From the NCBI GenBank assembly GCA_950097015.1, contig CATNEN010000012.1, positions 1 to 64,000 of the forward strand: DNA of 64,000 bases. Direction: 5' to 3'. The notes beneath the pieces are model-generated. The model saw nothing but the letters and a program-made list of their open reading frames with translations, did no database searches and had not been told where the DNA came from. The DNA comes from Macrostomum hystrix (Eukaryota > Animalia > Platyhelminthes). Numbering within the stretch: the stretch's first letter is position 1; every line of letters begins with the position of its first letter. This document shows, in pieces, positions 24,389 to 35,009 of the stretch. Position numbers and translations under genes: made by a program.

Positions 24389-26750
24389 TGAGCCTGGAAG
24401 GCAAGTAAAATCTATGTTATTTTAAAGAAGATATAGTTCTGAAAAAGTGCTAAAACATTTTATGAGGAAAAATATATTGATGTTAAAATAGTTACAATTT
24501 AATGCCATATTTAATTAAAATAATAAATAATGCTAAAATCTTCACAGGGACAACTAAAACCCTCTAAAATAAAGGGTTCAGGCTGTCCATAAATCTTCAT
24601 TAAAGTTCAGAAGTGAGCAGTCCTACTCGCGCTAATTTTTAAGCTTGCTTATGATCTAGATAATTTATAAAGTGATGCTAAAAAACGTTTTTGAAAAATA
24701 AAGAAATAAAAAGGCTCCCTAACTTTTTTATATTTCTCGGTACAAGAACAACGATTGTTATTGCATCGGAGCCAAAGTGCAATGTGATAATATGCTCGTA
24801 GAAATGTAATTGGTCTCGTAGTAAGAAATATAAAAAGTAAAAAATATATAAAATCTAACTGGCACACTCGAGTGTGCGAGACCAATTAATTCGTAAGTGC
24901 ATTTGTGCTTTTATAATCCGATTTAAGTAACGTTTCTGACGAAAGTTAAAAACATAAGAAACAAGAAGAGTCAATAGATTCAGCTATATTGTTACACAAA
25001 ATGATGCATTGTTTATTTAAAAAAAATAGTTAAGTATACATAGAGCCAACTAAAGTTATTTTTAAGTTGTAGGTTGCTTTGTCTGCTTTTTGTTTTACTG
25101 TATACTCAATAAGGCAGTAAAACTAAGTAGGCGTATTTATGTACCATTCAAGAAATCTAAACATGCTTATTTTGATTTCCGTTGCATTTATTAAATCTTT
25201 AGTCACTTAGAAAATATTTAAATATAAAGTTTTTTATGGCGCTAAATGAAATTTAATTTTCAAAATATAAGTATTTTATAATTTGACCGTGCTGTCAAGG
25301 CATAATTTAACAACATTTTTTCAAAATGTATAATTATTATTATAATTGCTACTATCGTATTTTGTGTCTGAAAACATATTCTTATAATTTCTTAAACCTT
25401 CTGCATTTTACTAATATAGCTATCAAAGTTGCACCTAGTTACACTAACCTCGCGAGAAAGGACTAGAATACTACAAGTTAACTATGCCAAGATAGGCTCT
25501 TGGCACAATCTATACAGATTCTAATTGCTGATGAGACAAAGTTCTATTGACTTCAAATTGAAGTCAAATTGAGTTTCAAATAATAGTAAAGTGCCTTTGT
25601 CCACATTGAAATAGGACACCATTTCCATTCTTGGATACCCCTCTTATGGCAAAAGTGACCCATAAGTTTCGAGTTGTGGTATAAACAATTCTTATTTTTA
25701 CTTTTTTATATATTTTCCAGAAATTGTCTACTAGCTATACTATAGTAGACGCAAACAGGCAATCTACCTCTAAGATATCACTTGATTGCACAGATATTTT
25801 CTTGTTTATGGACTCATCAAACATTCTTCATTTCTTACACATTTATCTCAATAGAAACAAAATAAAAAAGGCTAATCCTCTAGTTTTGCACATTAATTTC
25901 AAATTTTTTTTGTAATTACACTTACAACTTAATGACTTCTTCATTAAAAAATGAACAATGACTAAACAAACAATTAAGAAGCCATTCAGAGTCTGATATC
26001 ATAGTACTATGCTTAATTGGTATAGCAGTATGCCACCCAGAAAAAGGTAAAAAATGTCGCTTAAGATAAGGCAGAACGAAATCATCTTACCTTCCTAGTT
26101 CCTCCTGCCCCTTCTCTTCTCTTTCTCTTTGTTTTTGGCCATTTATTTCATATTGCCTCATACTGCCACATCATTTGAAAACTAGCTTGAGTTTTACCCA
26201 CAGTTGCTGAGAAATTCATTGTCTTTCCTGACAAAATTAACCATTCAAAACAAAAGTATAGCTGATAAATATTTATATAATACAGTGGATTTATCTTTTT
26301 TCTAGCTTCAGCTTCCTCATTTTCTTTTTTCATAAAAATTATTACTTTTTAGTTTGAATACTTATAAAAAGATTCAAGATACTTAATCTTGCATGCTAAA
26401 AAAGATTAGGAGTAAAAATTGTTTTAAAGCATTTAATTAAATGGGATAAGTAGAAGTTGTTTTGTGCATCATAAAGATAAACCACTAACTAGACAGTTCA
26501 TATTTGTGTATTTATTTATATGAATATTTAGTGTAAATGATAAGAAACTTGTATGTTCTGTAAGGTCAGCTTTATTAACTTTTAATTTATCTTTTTTTTA
26601 GTTTTGGTATTTATGAAAAGTTAACTCTATTGGAAACTGTTCACAAATGTTATATAAATATCTCAAATTGCTCACTTGCTCTACTTATAGTAGAAACTGT
26701 CATGATAAATCACAAAACACTGGTTTTATTATTCCTAGCCTGCAGAATAC

Positions 26751-28945
26751 ATGCTTAGCGACGCTCTGAGAGCCTGCAGCAGCAGTGGCATCAGCGGTAG
26801 CGCCGGCCCCTCCCTGCTGGACCTGACTCGCGAAGAATGCCTCGGCCTGTTGCGACGTCGCGAGCTGCGCCTCTACGGAGACGCTGTCTCTGTGATGCGC
26901 GCCCAGGGCGCACTGACCGAGTCCAAGCGCGACCTGCTGCGCGGCCTTCGCTCAGCGCTGGGCGTCTCGGAGGCGCGGCACCGCTGCGAATGCAGGCGCG
27001 CCGCATTAGACGAAGAACTGGCCGTCATTGCAGACTGGGTGCGTTCACATTGAATGCTTCTTGTTTTTTGTGTTGGCCCTTGATGGCCAACCTCCAAGGC
27101 ACAGTGAAAGTGTACACTGCCTGACGATGAGAAAGTCAGCAGATGTTTACCTGTGTGAGTGTGTGCTCAGGAGTCAGCGAAATAAGCAGTTATTGGGTTC
27201 TCATTGGCACCAAATAATCTGCCATTGCCTGCAGCCTTCCTGCAAATATTATTGTTATTAACTATAAATTCTTCATAGCGAAGTTATAGATGCTAATCAA
27301 ATTAAAATAGCTCAATGATGCGCATGACAAATTCCGATTCCAGGTGTTTGGCCGCGACACCGCCGGCGACTGGCGCGAGGAAGGCCGCAGCGTGGTGCCA
27401 GCCCTGGACTGGTCTCCGGCTGCCTCCCCCACCGTCGGCCCAGTCACCGAGGCTGCCAGGCGGGCCGACGCTGTAGCTGCTGAGCAGCGCAGGAAGCAGC
27501 AGAGAAAAGCGGTGGCCTCCATGACAGCGTCATCCACGGAGCTGCCGCCAGCGCTATTGAAAGAGCAACAGCGAGCATTTCCAGAGCCGGAGTCGGAGCG
27601 TTCTAAGGTCAAGCACTCGGGTGGCCGCGCCTCGAAGCCCGCGGTGTCAGCCGCACCCAATAAGCCGACATCGCAGATGCTGTCTAGAGCGACGCAGCGC
27701 CAGGAGGAGCTCCTAGCAGCGGCCGAAGAGCTTCGGCGACAGCTGTTGGCTTCTACATCGCAACCGTCAGTTGTCGAGGATCAACGCGACGATGTTTCGG
27801 AAACTGTAATAATTTCCAACACAGGCTCAACTGCCGCTACTGCCACTGCTGCAGTACCAGCATTGTCTGCGGCTCCGACTACTTCGCTAGGCGAATCTCA
27901 GCCTCGCGAAGATCCTTTGGCGCAGGCAACCTCCGCTGCCATTGCTGGCGACCTGGTGACACTGGCCAACGTGGCCGTGTCGGCTCATCTGCCACCGCAG
28001 ACGCTGTTGCAACAGCAGGCAACGCAGCCGCCTCCGCCGCAGGTCAGCCAGGCCCCTCCGTTGCAGGCCCTGTCGACGCCTACGCGGCCGCCTGTGCTGG
28101 TGCAAACTTCTGAGTCCGTCCAGACTCCGATTTACATTGTGTCCGGCCCTGCCCTACCAGCTGATACAAATCGAGTCATTCAGCATCATCAGCAGCCGCT
28201 GCTCCAGCATCACCATCATAATCCTCAGATTCTGCAGCCTCAGCAGCAGCAGCAGCAGACAGTGCGCGTCATCAGCAGGCCTGGAACAGCCGGCTTCGGC
28301 AAGCCGGTCATCGTTGTCCAGAAGCCGGCCCTGGGCCTTGGCGCTCCCAAGATTGTCACCAGCCAAGCTCAGCCACAGCATCACCAGCAGCTGCTGTTCG
28401 CCCCGATCACGGCCGCCCGGCCGCAGCCCACACACTCGGCTGCCGCCCTTCCAGTCCACGGCGTCGACTTGGACGACGAGCCGCTGCCTCAACCGGCGCA
28501 GTCGCAGATGTTGCCACATTTTGTCGGGCCGACTTCCACCATCTCGATGTCTATGGCCCTGAGCCTGGCGGCCAGCGCTGCGGCCGGCTCCGGCCAGGCC
28601 AACTTCGCAGCCGCTCCGACAGCCGCTGTCGCAGACCAGTCGGGCTCCTCCGACTGGCGAATCCCGGCTCTGGACCTGCTTGACCGCCTGTCTCGCTCGC
28701 CCGACAGTCGCAGGCCAGCCGCTGAATGCTTGGCTGGCATCCGCGACCGCCTGCTGGCTGGCGAATATCGCTGCCTAGAAGAGCTGGACGCGGACGTCCG
28801 TCTAATGAAAGGCGCCGGCGCCGACCTGCTGGCGGTTTACGAGGCCGAGTTGGCTGGCCTACGCGATCGGATCGACGCAATGAACGGCGGCGCAGGCAAC
28901 AACAACTTCTTGGGCCCATCTGGCTGCAAGAAAAGGCGCTACTAA
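26751..28945 (+). CDS. EMSY: EMSY-like protein: N-terminal ENT domain, Q/P-rich low-complexity middle, C-terminal degenerate bromodomain-like region; 2 exons, about 629 aa
   Basis: Exons 26751-27038 and 27344-28945 (GT-AG, phase 0). LLDLTREEC...LRRRELRLY...MRAQGALTESKRDLL...RHRCECRRAALDEEL matches the ENT pattern; WREEGRSVVP matches the EMSY post-ENT motif. Confidence 0.88.
27075..27260 (+). mobile_element. 5'-truncated, diverged SINE family 1 copy in the EMSY-like intron
   Basis: AACCTCCAAGGCACAGTGAAAGTGTACACTGCCTGACGATGAGAAAGTCAG and an ATT tail are shared with the other copies. Confidence 0.85.
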
Positions 28946-30039
28946 TTCAAGTGACTTGTAAGCTGCTTGATGACCCTTCAATTACCATTGCGGTTGTTTA
29001 CTAATTAGAAATCTAAGTGAATTATTATGTTGCTGTTCTCATTTACTTTGTTGAAATGCGTTGTTCTTTGCATTCTCGCCAGTCAATTGACTGTACTTTG
29101 TTATTTATTCTTTTTTAAAGCGACTGCATTGTAAAATGTCTTTGTTTCTTTGTAAACTACTTAATGCTTAGTAGTATGTAACGAATTAACAAACAAATTG
29201 CTCTTTAGGTTGAATAAAATAACTTCACCTTGACTTTAAAATTTGTAACATAACCAGTCAGAGCCAATTTGTGCTAATCATTCTGATGCTACTACTTCTG
29301 CTACTAAAGTAAGTAGTAAGTCACGTTGACTCGGGTATTTTCTTCTGGTCCTACAGTAGTAGTGGAAGTGAATGGCGTGTCGCATTTTTCTCCATATAAA
29401 ATTTTGTATTAAACAAGCAACTGCATTACTCTGCTGTACAGTGCATTATTGCTGGCCTGTTTGTCCCTGATCTAGCTTGGATAAGTTGTGTAGAACTTTT
29501 TTGTATTAAATAACATGCGCGACTCAACTGTCTGTCCTCCGTCATCTATATTCGACTTCCGGTCACTCTGAGTGTGGCTGCTATGTAAATACATGGTGCG
29601 GCTAACGCCACTGTGTGTACCACCCCCTTCTTCTGCTATTGCTACTATTGCTAACTCTAGCTGTAACTCACTTGTACTATTTCTGTTCGGTATGTTTGCC
29701 TCTACAACGCTGTCTGATTGCTGTTTTAGGCGTAGTCGCTTTTTTGTCATCATTTGCTGCCTATTATAGTCTTATTTTGGTACAAAGACTGAGAAAGTCT
29801 TTGAGAGACTCAAATTTGACTATGGAAACAAGAATTGTGCTTACTAACTATGGAACCAGACTGGTCTTGTCTTTGTTGGATAATTTTCTACTGGATTTGT
29901 TTCGCTTTCCGAATTGTTTATTTACAGGATACCGATTTTTAATTAATTCAGAAAACCTTTGGTTTCAGTTTTATTCAGCCTCCGAATGTTTGACCTACGG
30001 TAATAAGGTTAGAGAATGGGTCATCAACATGCTCTCCTC

Positions 30040-30170
30040 TGTCTCATCTTTCCCTGTCTTATCCCTTCCGTGTCTCATCCTCTCCCTGACTCATCTCTCC
30101 CCCGGTCTCATCTCCCCGTCTAGTCTCATCGCTCTCTAATCTCATCTCAACCTTGTCTTATCTCTTGTGT
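30040..30170. repeat. Degenerate pyrimidine-rich repeat (core TCTCATC)
   Basis: About 8 imperfect copies of GTCTCATCT. Confidence 0.65.
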
Positions 30171-30491
30171 GTCTAATTGAGTACTCATGTTAAAATTGTA
30201 AGCAAAATTTACTATTGACAACAAATTAGGAAATGTAAAGTCCTTCATTAGTAATCATCGGTTTTTACAACTATAAAACATTTAGCGCTCTGAGTGCAAT
30301 AAATTTATTTGTTTTAGATTTTTGTTTTGGGTAATTTAGAATTGGGCCAACACAATGAGATACAAAAAGCAATAGTTTATTTCATACTTTGGCGAATACT
30401 ATAGAAGATCGTTTTGGTAATGTCAAGCTAAGTACACTATTAAATATTACTATTATTCATAGTATTATACTATTATATTATACTATTACTA

Positions 30492-30845
30492 GGGGGAGTC
30501 TGCTGCAGAGCTGTTAACGCGTTTGCCTTTCGCACCTCTCGCACTTAGGGACCGCCCTAAGTTCGATTCCACGGCGAGGCCACATTTATTTGGGGCGCAG
30601 CCGCGGATAGAATGCTTTGGGGCTTGTCGTGCAATTTACGCCCATGAGGGCAAACCTCTAAGGCACGGTGAAGTGTACACTGCCTGACAATGAGAAAGTC
30701 ACTAGCATGTTTTGCCCCCCTTCGGGGAGCAGAAATATTTTTAATTCTGTAAGAATTGTTAGAATTGCCTCCTCGCTGGCTGCGGGTCTAGTGTCACCAA
30801 ATGATGTGCCATTGCCCGCAGCCCTCCTGCAATTATTATTATGTA
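30492..30845 (+). mobile_element. tRNA-derived SINE family 1, near full length
   Basis: TGCAGAGCTGTTAACGCGTTTGCC...AAGTTCGATTCCACGGCGAGGCCACATTTATTTGGGGCGCAG...GGGTCTAGTGTCACCAAA...CTGCAATTATTATT. Confidence 0.9.
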
Positions 30846-31011
30846 CTATTACTATCAAGTAGCTATTGAAGCGACAGTCTAATAGAACCGCTGATTCTGT
30901 CAAGCATTTCTCTCACAGCCAGTTGTATGCATGAAGAGATTTTGGATAATACTATTGAGATTCGTTTGAAGCATATTCATGTTCATGTTCTTTCACTAAA
31001 GCGGCAAGTTT

Positions 31012-31749
31012 TTACGGAATGCAGTCTTTTTCATGAAGTTTTTTTGTTACTAGTGTGTCTGTTGCAGCTGCTGCTTCTTTGATTGCGGCTTCGTCTGTCT
31101 GCTTTTGCTGCAACTGAGTCGCGACGCCGACGAAGCCAAGCCGGATGCGCAGGAAGTGGATGCAGCCGCACACGTGGCTCAGGTCGGTTAGCTGCTGATT
31201 GTGAATCGGAAAGAGCAGCCGGTCTCGCAGGGTGGACACCTGATACTCCAGGTTGCCTAGAATTCTCCGGCTGTCAGCCGCGTCCCACACGGCCTTCTCC
31301 AGCTGGGGGAAGCCCTTGATGTCCAGTCTGTAAGCTTCCAGGTCGTTGCGCACCTCGGCTGACTTGAGTATCTCCCGGTTCAAGCAGTCGATCACGTGAT
31401 TGAAGCAGCGACGCCGGTTCTCCGGATCCGGATTGGCGCTGAAGGCGGCATGCAGCTCGTTGTCAACGTAGCCGCCCAGCTTCCTGGCCGCCTGGGACAA
31501 GCCGCCAGCGGTGCATTTGCGTCCACTCAACTTCAAGCTGCCACCGCCGCCGTCCCCCGGGCTAGAGGCGTTTCGACGAATTCCGACGGCGTCAGATTCA
31601 GCAGCGAGCTGAGGCTGAGATGATGGGCAGTTCTCAGGCAGCTTCTGACCCTGCTGATACTTCTCGAGTCGATGCAATAGTAGCAGATCCTCTAGAGAAG
31701 AAGTCCTACGCTGTTTTGTACGGTTAATCAGTTTAGGGCTTGTGTCCAT
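31012..31749 (-). CDS. Hypothetical 245-aa single-exon protein with an HR1-like (CIP4/Toca-type) coiled-coil segment
   Basis: Long GC-rich ORF with the same codon style as neighbouring genes, and an AG acceptor 6 nt upstream of the ATG. The segment FSANPDPENRRR...IDCLNREILK...PQ resembles remembered FNBP1/FNBP1L HR1 sequences. Confidence 0.65.
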   Translation of the reverse strand: MDTSPKLINRTKQRRTSSLEDLLLLHRLEKYQQGQKLPENCPSSQPQLAAESDAVGIRRNASSPGDGGGGSLKLSGRKCTAGGLSQAARKLGGYVDNELHAAFSANPDPENRRRCFNHVIDCLNREILKSAEVRNDLEAYRLDIKGFPQLEKAVWDAADSRRILGNLEYQVSTLRDRLLFPIHNQQLTDLSHVCGCIHFLRIRLGFVGVATQLQQKQTDEAAIKEAAAATDTLVTKKLHEKDCIP

Positions 31750-32089
31750 GGGAATCTAAGGAGCGCTTGTTTTAATTGCTTTTTAGCCAATTAGCCTGGT
31801 GAAATTGGGTCCTTTCTGTCCGGAAATGTTGCAGTGTTGATCAATGGTCGTTACCTTTTTAACACTGAAATTGGAACAGGTGCATGTAATAGCCTTTACT
31901 GGAGTTGCAACATGCATGCGGCGACTGTGACAACCAAATTGGCGGCCCGGGTATGACATATAATTGCGTGACACACTCGCACCGATGTACGTACGCTTGT
32001 TTATTGGCACACACTCGATGTACACACATGCGTGTACATTTGGCCCTGACTTGGACATACCCGCTGTGCTTTTTTAGGGTTGATACTAG

Positions 32090-32385
32090 GCAATGGTACA
32101 TCCTTTGGTGACACTAGACCCGCAGCCAGCGAAGAGGCAATTCTGCCCATTTCGCTGACTTCTAAGCGCACACGCACTCAGATACTGTACGCAGGCACAC
32201 TCTCACACAGGTGCGTACATGTGGCCTGACTTCTCATATTAAGCAAGTGTACACTCTCACTCTGCCTAGAATTTTGGCCCTTCCAAGCCTTCTCAAATGA
32301 ATGTGGCCTCGCCGCAGAATCGAGCTCAGGGACCTTGGTGCCAGATGTAGACGCTTTAACCACTCGGCCATTAACCCCCCTTGCC
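32090..32385 (-). mobile_element. tRNA-derived SINE family 1, diverged copy
   Basis: GGTGACACTAGACCCGCAG...ATTCTGCCCATTTCGCTGACT...AATGTGGCCTCGCCG...TTAACCACTCGGCCA is colinear with 15161-15523. Confidence 0.85.
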
Positions 32386-32975
32386 ATGAGATGTCAATTG
32401 GATTTGCTTTGAAATATATTCAGCAGAGACTCAGACATTCAGCATGGAAGGAATTTTTCATCCATCGTGACAATTGAAGCCTAAAGCCATCTAGGTCATC
32501 GCTGCCTGAGTTGAAAGTCACCTGACAGATCAAGGCCGGTGCGAACGAAGGTCCTGCTTGGCTTTCGAAACACCCCCTTAGGGAATTATTGCTTCTCAAG
32601 CTTTATAAAATCTCTGCATCCTCCAAATTCCTCCTGCTTGTTGCCAGGCTAAGAGGCCGGATTAGAATTCTGATGTGCAGAAGACGCAGAAGAAAGGCTC
32701 CATCAAAGGCTAAGGCTTGACTGTATGCTGGCACGCTGCGACCGTCAAATACTGTCTGAACATTGTCACTATAGCACTGCATTTCCTCAACGTGTGCCAG
32801 TTGCTATTACTAATTTATTATTTATTACTAATCGTTTATTACTCATAGTTTATTACTCATAGTTTATTACTCATAGTTTATTACTATCGCGTTTCAAATT
32901 TTGACGTAATGAATATTCCCCGTCAGCCTTGTTAAATTTTTTGCTGAAAGCTGTTAAAGACGTGAATAGATTATT

Positions 32976-33735
32976 CCATTGGGAGATAAGACAGGGACAG
33001 ATTATCCCGCTGGGAGATAACACAGGGACAGATTATCCCGCTGGGAGATAAGTCAGGGACAGATTATCCCGCTGGGAGATTATGCAGGGACAGATTATCC
33101 CATTGGGAGATAAGTCAGGGACAGATTATCCCGCTGGGAGATAACACAGGGACAGATTATCCCGCTGGGAGATAAGTCAGGTACAGATTATCCCACTGGG
33201 AGATTATGCAGGGACAGATTATCCCACTGGGAGATTATGCAGGGACAGATTATCCCGCTGGGAGATAAGTCAGGGACAGATTATCCCGCTGGGAGATAAG
33301 TCAGGGACAGATTATCCCGCTGGGAGATAAGTCAGGGACAGATTATCCCGCTGGGAGATAAGTCAGGGACTGATTATCCCGCTGGGAGATAACACAGGGA
33401 CAGATTATCCCGCTGGGAGATAACACAGGGACAGATTATCCCGCTGGGAGATAAGTCAGGGACAGATTATCCCGCTGGGTGATAAGTCAGGGACAGATTA
33501 TCCCGCTGGGAGATAACACAGGGACAGATTATCCCGCTGGGAGATAAGTCAGGGACAGATTATCCCACTGGGAGATTATGCAGGGACAGATTATCCCGCT
33601 GGGAGATAACACAGGGACAGATTATCCCGCTGGGAGATAAGTCAGGGACAGATTATCCCACTGGGAGATAACACAGGGACAGATTATCCCACTGGGAGAT
33701 AACACAGGGACAGATTATCCCGCTGGGAGATAAGA
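32976..33735. repeat. 31-bp minisatellite (GATTATCCCGCTGGGAGATAAGTCAGGGACA)n, about 24 units
   Basis: Period 31; imperfect internal hairpin TTATCCC/GGGAGATAA. Confidence 0.97.
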
Positions 33736-34696
33736 CACAAAGTGGACATTTTGGATTGTTTACGCGGTGAATGAGTTACAGAAAGGTTAGCTGGGGACAG
33801 AGGCAAATTCATTATTTAAGAGGCTAGGAGGCGGGGCAGAGGTTTAAGCATAGCGGAAGGTGACACCCTGATTGGGTCCATCTCAACTTGCTTACACACT
33901 TGGGAGCGGGGAAGCTCTCATGACCAACTCCCATCTTCCTCCTGAAATGACTGCTTAATGAGTCGAGGCGCCCCACAATGACCCGAGCCAAATATGACCA
34001 TCTCAGATGAGTTGCTTTTTCCCATCTCAGTTATTGCTGATTGTCAGCTAGGACTCTGCCTCTTCGGATTGAATATAGACGATTTGAGCACATAAGGATG
34101 TGCACATAAGCACATTTTAACTTACCGGAATTTTTTATTCTGACAAGCCGAGTGTCAGAAGTGAGTAAAACTGTCAGGTCGGGGGGAGATTCCCTTTCTT
34201 AGCAGCCTTATGAACTATTAAACGAGCTGTAAGCCGACTCTTGCTCAGAGACGCCAGATCGCGAGGGTGAAGTGAAGCAATGCGACAGAGCGCAAGACGA
34301 AATCCGGAAATTGAAGGTTTTTCTTTTCTTTGGCAAGTACAGGTTCGGGGGAGAGTGCGAGATATGCATACAGTCCTATCTGTAAACTGGGAATTTTTAT
34401 AGGGGAGTTGGGGATAGAAATTAATCGAAAGCTGGTTGGCTCCGGCACCCTATCCTACGGCGGGCCCGTCATTACATTGTTAAGCTGTGCTCAGGCTAGG
34501 TCACGCGAACGCTACATTGCCCCTCAGCTATGACTAGAAGTATATTATTATTATTATTATTAATATTATTATATTATTAAAGCAATACTATACCATAGAT
34601 GCAGCAGTGAAGTCATTGGATTCGATGTCGAAGTCACTTAGGCTCATGGTGTTTTGTTGGCATTCGATGGTGAGGTCACTGGGCTCATGGTGCAAG

Positions 34697-35006
34697 GGGG
34701 TTGTAGCCTAGTGGTTAGAGCGTCGGACTCACGACTTAAAGGTCGGTGGTTCGATTCCCGACTCCCCTGGAACAATTTGTGTCCTCTAACATGACACTTA
34801 ACTCTGCATTGCTTCAGTTCACCCAGCTGTTAAATGGGTGCCAGCATAAGCTGGGGTAATTGAGGGTGGGTGTGGCGTCCCCCCAGTCCATGGACTGAAC
34901 AGCCGTACGCAGCCTTCAGATGCGTCGCGCAATAGCTGCGGCTGTGCTGTCGGCTGCACATCTGGCCCAATTGGGGCAGGTGTAATCAATTATTATTATT
35001 ATTATT
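34697..35006 (+). mobile_element. tRNA-derived SINE family 2 with a CORE-like central domain and (ATT)n tail
   Basis: Head GGGGTTGTAGCCTAGTGGTTAGAGCG...GGTTCGATTCCCG. Segment 34778-34838 (TGTGTCCTCTAACATGACACTTAACTCTGCATTGCTTCAGTTCACCCAGCTGTTAAATGGG) resembles the MIR/CORE consensus. ATT tail present. Confidence 0.8.
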
Positions 35007-35009
35007 GGT

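Noticed and set aside
25528-25570. Hammerhead ribozyme (CTGATGAG followed by the hairpin TTGACTTCA/TGAAGTCAA)
   Set aside because: No GAAA core after stem II and no stems I/III. The GGCCCT-GAA-AGGGCC hairpin near 47572 fails for the same reason.
34697-34770. Functional tRNA gene (CAC anticodon-like loop)
   Set aside because: The anticodon and T stems do not pair properly, and the sequence continues into a CORE-like body and ATT tail, so it is a SINE head.
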